Shown here piece after piece: positions 7,030 through 11,374 of a DNA stretch of 11,374 nucleotides; positions within the stretch are counted from its first letter, which is position 1; each line of letters opens with the position of its first letter. The notes beneath the pieces are model-generated. The model had not been told where the DNA came from and did not search any database. It was given only the letters and a program-made list of their open reading frames with translations. Origin of the DNA: Candidatus Iainarchaeum sp. (GTDB lineage Archaea > Iainarchaeota > Iainarchaeia > Iainarchaeales > CSSED10-239); assembly GCA_028693335.1 (NCBI GenBank), contig JAQUVR010000013.1, forward strand, positions 1-11,374. The letters are read 5' to 3'. The translations under genes were made by a program, and so were the position numbers.

Positions 7030-8013
7030 TCAGACTTTGCAAGAGATAAACTATCCACCGCAAAAACCATATCCACTCAAACTACAGATCTAACTGGTTT
7101 AGTTTCTTCAAGATCAATTTCTTCTCAAAATATTTTAATATCTAATAATTCTTCAAAAGATCTTAATGTTACGGGATATAAGATCATCTCTTCTATAGAT
7201 CATTATCTTTATGATTATTTTGAAAATAAAATATATAATTTAGATCAACCATTAATCATTAATTCAAATTCAGCACAAAGTTTACAAATAGATTGTTATC
7301 CAGAAAATACATTTTTTATAGATCTTTTAACAGATCAAAACATTTATGTAAGAACACAAGTTCTTGTAGGATCTATAAATGATATAGATCCTTTGAGTTG
7401 TGGATTAATTAGCTATTGGAAATTTGATGGAGATACAAAAGATAATTTTAAAAAACACGATTTAACAGTAGTAGGAAACACTCAATATGTTGATGGTGTT
7501 TTAGATCAAGCATTAAGTTTTACTAATTCTAGTTATGCTAGAAATAATTCTTTTTATTTATCTGCAGACCCTAACTTTACTATATCTACATGGGTGAAAA
7601 AAACAGACCTTATTAATCAAAGGGGGGTCTGGGGCATAGGTAGTGGAAGTTATGAAACTATGTCTGGATATAATAGTGTTGGAGAATATATTGGAGTTGA
7701 TTTCTGGGCCAGAGCCACTTTTTATATTCAAGAAGAATATCCTATAGATGAATGGATCTATGTAACCTGGGTTAAAAAAGCCGCAACTTTTTCAATAGAT
7801 TCTTTTGAAATATATTTAAATGGACATAAAAAAAACCTGTTTAGAAGTAGGGGTTCTATACATTCTGTAACAACAACAAACGGAATAACAATTGGGGGAA
7901 TATATCCTAGTAGCACATTTTCAGCAACAGCGGTTTTAGATGATTTTAAAATTTATGATAGGGCTTTAACTTCTGAAGAAATTTTAAAATTATATAATTT
8001 CTATAATAGTTAA
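6940..8013 (+). CDS. Type IV pilin-like surface protein with a C-terminal LamG (Laminin_G_3 / ConA-like lectin) domain, paralog type C
   Basis: The N-terminus is MFKKS|LSPLIATILLIVVSVILITVVLTWG, followed by the shared module with Cys119 and Cys154. From about nt 7402 the LamG hallmarks appear: LISYWKFDGDTKD...HDLTVVGNTQYVDGVLDQALSF, FTISTWVK, EWIYVTWV, FEIYLNG and LDDFKIYDRALTSEEILKLYN. Confidence 0.88.
   Translation: MFKKSLSPLIATILLIVVSVILITVVLTWGSDFARDKLSTAKTISTQTTDLTGLVSSRSISSQNILISNNSSKDLNVTGYKIISSIDHYLYDYFENKIYNLDQPLIINSNSAQSLQIDCYPENTFFIDLLTDQNIYVRTQVLVGSINDIDPLSCGLISYWKFDGDTKDNFKKHDLTVVGNTQYVDGVLDQALSFTNSSYARNNSFYLSADPNFTISTWVKKTDLINQRGVWGIGSGSYETMSGYNSVGEYIGVDFWARATFYIQEEYPIDEWIYVTWVKKAATFSIDSFEIYLNGHKKNLFRSRGSIHSVTTTNGITIGGIYPSSTFSATAVLDDFKIYDRALTSEEILKLYNFYNS
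7115..7263 (+). repeat. Near-identical 149-nt tract shared by paralogs C and D (copy in C)
   Basis: Aligns with 8200-8348 at an offset of 1085 nt with a single mismatch (7173 g versus 8258 t). The flanking coding sequence is visibly more diverged. Confidence 0.8.
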
Positions 8014-8027
8014 TAAACTAGATAAAC

Positions 8028-8120
8028 ATGTATAAAAAAAAATCTCTCTCCCCATTGATCGCAACTATTTTGTTAATAGTTGTAAGTGTGATATTAATCA
8101 CTGTTGTTTTAACCTGGGGA
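8028..8120 (+). other. Class III signal peptide and hydrophobic pilin helix coding segment (gene D)
   Basis: MYKKKS|LSPLIATILLIVVSVILITVVLTWG. Confidence 0.7.
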
Positions 8121-9122
8121 TCTAGTTTTACAAAAGAAAAACTATCTACAACCCAAGTAATTCAAAATAAAGATTTTACTGGATTAATTACAAGTAGACC
8201 AATTTCTTCTCAAAATATTTTAATATCTAATAATTCTTCAAAAGATCTTAATGTTACTGGATATAAGATCATCTCTTCTATAGATCATTATCTTTATGAT
8301 TATTTTGAAAATAAAATATATAATTTAGATCAACCATTAATCATTAATCCAAATTCTGCACAAACTTTGCAAATAGATTGTTATCCAGAAAGCTCTTTTT
8401 TTATAGATCTAATAACAGATCAAAATATATATGTAAGAACACAAATATCTGCGAGATCTATAAATGATGTAGATTCATTAAAATGTGGGTTAGTTCTAGA
8501 TTTTGATTCTATTAATGGTGTTTTAAATGAAAACACCGGAAAATCTTTTACGCCATATAATATAGACATTTTAGATCTGGGTAATGGTTATACTTCTGCA
8601 AGTTTTAATGGTACAAATAGTTATATTAGTTTTGGAAATCCAGAAAGTTTAATATTTGGAGAAAAACCATTTAGTGTTGTTATTTTATTTAAAACAAACT
8701 CTGTTTCTACTTCTCAAGCAATAGTTTCAAAAGGATATTTGTTTGGAGGCACTCCGTTAGATAATAAATCCTGGTCAATTGGTTTATTAGGTTCTAGTTC
8801 AAGAATCTATTTTGACACATATAAAACCGGACAAAGAAGGGCATTAGTTTCAATAAATTTAATAACTACTAATTGGCAGTATTTAGTAACTACCAGAGAT
8901 CAAGAATTAGGAAAAATTTATTTTAATAATTCTTTAGATATTTCTGGGCCTGTAGTAAATCCAATAGAAGATTCTTTTTATAATCTAATGATTGGAAGAA
9001 TAGCAATATCATCAATTTATTATTTTAATGGTTTAATACCTATTGTAAAAATATATGATCGTGTGTTAACAGAAGAGGAGATCTCAAATCTTTATAATAA
9101 AACAAAAGTAGTTTTTAATTAA
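8028..9122 (+). CDS. Type IV pilin-like surface protein with a C-terminal LamG-like domain, paralog type D
   Basis: The N-terminus is MYKKKS|LSPLIATILLIVVSVILITVVLTWG. The N-terminal half is very similar to gene C. The C-terminal half (from about nt 8487) is divergent but LamG-like: SASFNGTNSYISFG, PFSVVILFK, NWQYLVTT, GKIYFNN and IVKIYDRVLTEEEISNLYN. Confidence 0.85.
   Translation: MYKKKSLSPLIATILLIVVSVILITVVLTWGSSFTKEKLSTTQVIQNKDFTGLITSRPISSQNILISNNSSKDLNVTGYKIISSIDHYLYDYFENKIYNLDQPLIINPNSAQTLQIDCYPESSFFIDLITDQNIYVRTQISARSINDVDSLKCGLVLDFDSINGVLNENTGKSFTPYNIDILDLGNGYTSASFNGTNSYISFGNPESLIFGEKPFSVVILFKTNSVSTSQAIVSKGYLFGGTPLDNKSWSIGLLGSSSRIYFDTYKTGQRRALVSINLITTNWQYLVTTRDQELGKIYFNNSLDISGPVVNPIEDSFYNLMIGRIAISSIYYFNGLIPIVKIYDRVLTEEEISNLYNKTKVVFN
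8200..8348 (+). repeat. Near-identical 149-nt tract shared by paralogs C and D (copy in D)
   Basis: See the 7115-7263 entry. Confidence 0.8.
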
Positions 9123-9124
9123 TC

Positions 9125-9862
9125 TTATTTACAAAGATCAGTTATCTCTTTTAACAACCTTTCAAACTCTTTAAAAGTTAATTGTTGATCTTTGTCAGAT
9201 CTTGCAACTTTTGGATTATTATGAACCTCTATAATTAATCCATCTGCTCCAAGTAATAACGCTGCCTTAGAAATATCAACAACATATCTAGAATTTCCTG
9301 TTGAGTGTGATGGATCAAATAAAACTTTTTTGTGATTTTCTTTAAGCTCTAATATTGAGGATAGATCACTAGTAAATTTCATATCAGAATCTATTTGTTC
9401 AAAAGTTCTTATTCCTCTAAGACAATACCAAATGTTTTTATTTCCAAACTGTTCAATATATTCTCCAGCTTTTAAAAATTCAGAAATGGTTGAAGAAAAA
9501 CCTCTTTTTAGTAATATTTGTTTTTTATCTTTTTTTGTAATTTTTCCAATTTCTTTTAACAATTCAAAATTTGTCATGTTTCTAGATCCAATTTGAATAA
9601 CATCAATTTTATCATAGTTATTTTTAAGTTGATCAATTGATAATACTTCAGTAACTGTTTTTTGATTATTTTTTTTTGCAGAATTATAAAGAAGTTCAAC
9701 ACCAAGCTCTCTAAGCCCTTGAAAACTTTTAGGGTCTGTTCTTGGTTTAAAACAGCCACCTCTTAGATATTTAATATTTTTTTTTGCTAAAAAATTTGAA
9801 ATCTTTTCTATTTGTTTTTTAGATTCAACAGAACAGGGCCCAGCAATTATTATTTTTTTCAT
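9125..9862 (-). CDS. aroF: 3-deoxy-7-phosphoheptulonate (DAHP) synthase, type I-beta, compact form without a regulatory domain
   Basis: Motifs IIAGPCSVES, LRGGCFKPRTDPKSFQG, TEV, IQIGSRNMTNFELLKEIG, LLKRG, RGIRTF, FDPSHSTG and GADGLIIEVHNNPKVARSD..QQL are collinear with the Pyrococcus and Thermotoga type I-beta DAHP synthases as I recall them. The KPRT motif favours DAHPS over KDO8P synthase. The symbol follows the convention for the Bacillus-type family and is tentative. Confidence 0.85.
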   Translation of the reverse strand: MKKIIIAGPCSVESKKQIEKISNFLAKKNIKYLRGGCFKPRTDPKSFQGLRELGVELLYNSAKKNNQKTVTEVLSIDQLKNNYDKIDVIQIGSRNMTNFELLKEIGKITKKDKKQILLKRGFSSTISEFLKAGEYIEQFGNKNIWYCLRGIRTFEQIDSDMKFTSDLSSILELKENHKKVLFDPSHSTGNSRYVVDISKAALLLGADGLIIEVHNNPKVARSDKDQQLTFKEFERLLKEITDLCK

Positions 9863-9950
9863 ATTTTCTCTTAAACAATTTATTTTATAAATATAAGTAA
9901 CTAATAATATACTTAGTACTAATAATAATTAAAAAGGGGGTTATTAATAT
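9863..9950. promoter_or_regulatory. Divergent intergenic region with TATA-like sequences for aroF (-) and lemA (+), plus a G-rich ribosome-binding site for lemA
   Basis: TTTTATAAATATAAG (9884-9898) is centred about 28 nt upstream of the aroF start codon on the minus strand. GGGGG at 9936-9940 lies 10 nt upstream of the lemA ATG and is one of very few G runs in the window. Confidence 0.35.
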
Positions 9951-10505
9951 ATGGCTATATTATACATACTTTTGATAATTTTAGCAGTGATATTATTTGT
10001 TAGCTTTTTAATTTACAATGGCTTAATTGCAGCAAGAAATAAGGTAAAAAATGCATGGAGTCAAATAGATGTTCAATTAAAAAAAAGATACGATCTTGTT
10101 CCAAATTTAGTTGAAACAGTAAAAGGCTACTTAAAACACGAACAAGGTACATTAACAAAAATCACTGAACTAAGAACACAAGCAATGCAAACTAAAGACA
10201 GAAAAGAAACAATGAAAGCAAATGAACAAATGTCTAAAGCAATTGGTGGACTATTAAATGTTGTTGTAGAAAACTATCCAGATCTAAAAGCAAGTCAAAA
10301 CTTTTTAATGCTTCAAGAGGAATTATCAGGGATTGAAAACAAGATTGCTTATTCCAGACAATATTATAATGACACAGTAATGGATTATAACAACAAAACA
10401 GAAATGTTTCCAACAAACCTGTTTGCAAAAATGTTTAATTTTCAAAAACAAGAGTTTTTAGAAGCAACAACTGAAGAAAGAAAAAATGTTAAAGTTTCTT
10501 TCTAA
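9951..10505 (+). CDS. lemA: LemA family membrane protein
   Basis: It has a single N-terminal TM helix (ILYILLIILAVILFVSFLIY). It then shows NGLIAARNKVKNAWSQIDVQLKKRYDLVPNLVETVKGY..HEQ, ENYPDLKASQNF..LQEEL...ENKIAYSRQYYND and FPTNLFAKMFNF, the canonical LemA (PF04011) pattern. Confidence 0.9.
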   Translation: MAILYILLIILAVILFVSFLIYNGLIAARNKVKNAWSQIDVQLKKRYDLVPNLVETVKGYLKHEQGTLTKITELRTQAMQTKDRKETMKANEQMSKAIGGLLNVVVENYPDLKASQNFLMLQEELSGIENKIAYSRQYYNDTVMDYNNKTEMFPTNLFAKMFNFQKQEFLEATTEERKNVKVSF

Positions 10506-10545
10506 TTTTTCTTTTTTTAAATCTATTTTTTTTGATATTTTTAAC
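10506..10545 (+). terminator. Oligo-T tracts downstream of lemA, a putative archaeal terminator
   Basis: T5 (10506-10510), T7 (10512-18) and T8 (10526-33) runs lie immediately after the stop codon. Confidence 0.4.
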
Positions 10546-10614
10546 AGTGTATTTATGACTCTGGTTAATTTAAAATAGTTAATATTTATAATACTTTTAT
10601 TTTAATAATAAATA

Positions 10615-10632
10615 TATATTTATATATAAACT
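10615..10632 (+). promoter_or_regulatory. Putative TATA box for the downstream membrane-protein gene
   Basis: TTTATATATAAA (10619-10630) is centred about 26 nt upstream of the ATG at 10651, which would give a leaderless transcript. The AT-rich background makes this weak. Confidence 0.3.
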
Positions 10633-10650
10633 TAAAACAGATGACTGGAT

Positions 10651-11374
10651 ATGAAAGCAGAAAAAAAAATAAATACTAATAAGGAATCTAATAAAGATAA
10701 AAATATTTTTTCTAAAATATATGGCTCTTTAGAAAAGGGCTATAATAATTTTAGTGATTGGTTAACTGAAAAAGGAATACCAATAAATAAACTAAACCAA
10801 GCACTAGAAAAAAAAGGAATTCCTCCTTTTGCATTAATGGGGTCTATTCTGCTTTTAATTATCATTATTATTCTGTTTTTAATATTTGGTTTTTCTGCAA
10901 AAATGGAGTTAACAACCAATTTTTATGATCCAAATGGCGTCATATTAAATTCTGTTTTATTTTCTATTCGTGATAGTGATGGAATAGATGTATTTACTCC
11001 AAAAGAGCCAATCAATAATGGTCAAAAGCTAAAAGTACCATTATCCTTAGGAAAAACATATACTGTTGTTGCAACAAAAGAAGGATATGATATGCTAAGT
11101 AAGTCATACACTCCAACAGAAAAAAAAGACACAATTACTTTTAATTTTTATTCTCAATTACAAATGGGTCAATTAATAGTTAGACCAATAGATAGTTATA
11201 CAAATAAAGTTATTCCACAAGTAAAAGGAACAATAAGATATACAGACAAAGGAAGATCTGTAGAAAACATTGTTACATCCAATGGAAATTCTGATCTGTT
11301 ATTTGATGCTCCATTATCTACAAGACTACAAATCACTTTAGAAGCAGATGGTTATCAAACAACAACATTTGATT
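10651..11374 (+). CDS. Membrane-anchored protein with repeated PEGA/CarboxypepD_reg-like beta-sandwich modules, 3'-truncated by the window edge and absent from the supplied ORF track
   Basis: I translated this by hand from the ATG at 10651: MKAEKKINTNKESNKDKNIFSKIYGSLEKGYNNFSDWLTEKGIPINKLNQALEKKGIPPFALMGSILLLIIIIILFLIFGFSAK... The frame stays open to nt 11373 (241 codons). It has one TM helix, then two modules of about 75 aa ending in GKTYTVVATKEGYD and LQITLEADGYQTTTF, which is typical of PEGA/Big-like domains. Confidence 0.7.
   Translation, partial: MKAEKKINTNKESNKDKNIFSKIYGSLEKGYNNFSDWLTEKGIPINKLNQALEKKGIPPFALMGSILLLIIIIILFLIFGFSAKMELTTNFYDPNGVILNSVLFSIRDSDGIDVFTPKEPINNGQKLKVPLSLGKTYTVVATKEGYDMLSKSYTPTEKKDTITFNFYSQLQMGQLIVRPIDSYTNKVIPQVKGTIRYTDKGRSVENIVTSNGNSDLLFDAPLSTRLQITLEADGYQTTTFD

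Larger units (their letters stand above)
4342..7044 (+). repeat. Tandem direct duplication, unit 2 (2703 bp)
   Basis: Same comparison as unit 1. Similarity to the unit-1 continuation ends at 7045-7046, where gene C reads gat aaa cta tcc and gene A2 reads gaa cat ttg tct. Confidence 0.9.

Noticed and set aside
1639-7044. The 2.7-kb duplication as a mobile element or composite transposon
   Set aside because: There is no transposase, integrase, terminal inverted repeats or target-site duplication. The boundaries fall inside homologous leader-coding sequence, which fits homologous unequal crossover.
6873-7076. 67-aa ORF on the minus strand
   Set aside because: It lies antisense across the B'/C junction, entirely inside well-supported plus-strand genes. 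It has no recognisable motif, and such shadow ORFs are expected in AT-rich DNA.
1531-8120. A regularly recurring repeat of about 90 nt that could suggest a CRISPR-like or other non-coding repeat array
   Set aside because: The repeats are the in-frame leader-coding 5' ends of six long ORFs spaced 1.1-1.4 kb apart. They are imperfect, not palindromic, and the intervening sequence is coding. No cas genes are present.
1639-9122. Diversity-generating retroelement (TR/VR pair) acting on the lectin-like domains
   Set aside because: No reverse transcriptase is present in the window. The few differences between the duplicated copies are t/c, g/a and c/t changes, not adenine-specific. The repeat is a whole-gene duplication rather than a short TR/VR pair at a C-terminus.
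1531-9122. Bacterial type IV pilin or T2SS pseudopilin interpretation of the leaders
   Set aside because: There is no G|F(T/S)LIE motif and no Glu at mature position 5. The SP(L/V)IAT..L pattern is the archaeal Pilin_N type. The ppsA intein and TATA-like, SD-less gene starts also favour Archaea.
9116-9123. Short AT palindrome (TAATTAAT) between the convergent stops as a shared terminator hairpin
   Set aside because: It is too short and purely A/T to form a meaningful stem, and it is most likely just overlapping stop-codon context.
9574-9759. 61-aa ORF on the minus strand
   Set aside because: It is nested out of frame inside the DAHP synthase gene on the same strand. Its sequence is low-complexity Lys/Leu/Ile-rich with no start context.
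9125-9862. KDO8P synthase (KdsA) as an alternative call for the aldolase-like gene
   Set aside because: The KPRT(x)P..FQG and GPCSVES motifs match type I-beta DAHP synthase rather than the KDO8PS signature. The functional caveat is kept as a low-interest finding.
10234-10428. 64-aa ORF on the minus strand
   Set aside because: It is antisense within the well-supported lemA gene and has no motifs.
10641-10679. ATG at 10641 as an alternative start for the last gene
   Set aside because: That frame stops after 12 codons (TAA at 10677-10679). The ATG at 10651 opens the long frame.

Overview
Strongly AT-rich window (by eye about 70% A+T) that looks archaeal, probably from a small-genome or DPANN-type lineage; that placement is inference from the gene content and signal-peptide type. 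Order of features: (1) The 3' part of phosphoenolpyruvate synthase (ppsA). Its frame is open to the window edge, and it contains the C-terminal end of an intein inserted directly before the catalytic T-C-H motif. (2) The main item is a tightly packed, co-directional array of six paralogous genes (1531-9122, gaps of 1-14 nt). Each protein starts with an archaeal class III (type IV pilin-like) signal peptide and hydrophobic helix (K/R-S|LSPLIATILLIVVSVIL..TWG). A shared module of about 100 aa with a conserved Cys pair follows. The C-terminal domains differ but all look lectin-like (two clear LamG/Laminin_G_3-type, a CBM-like plus ConA-like pair, and one unassigned type). Within the array, a 2703-bp unit carrying two genes is tandemly duplicated at about 99.8% identity. 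The junction gene has a chimeric 5' end, which points to unequal crossover between the conserved leader-coding segments. (3) A convergent type I-beta DAHP synthase. (4) A LemA-family gene. (5) A 3'-truncated membrane-anchored protein with PEGA/CarboxypepD_reg-like beta-sandwich repeats that is missing from the supplied ORF track. No tRNA, rRNA, CRISPR array, transposase or pilus assembly genes (ATPase, platform protein, prepilin peptidase) are visible. I propose the pilin-lectin array as a candidate recombining adhesin or surface-filament system. All domain calls come from motif recognition by eye and need HMM or structure confirmation.
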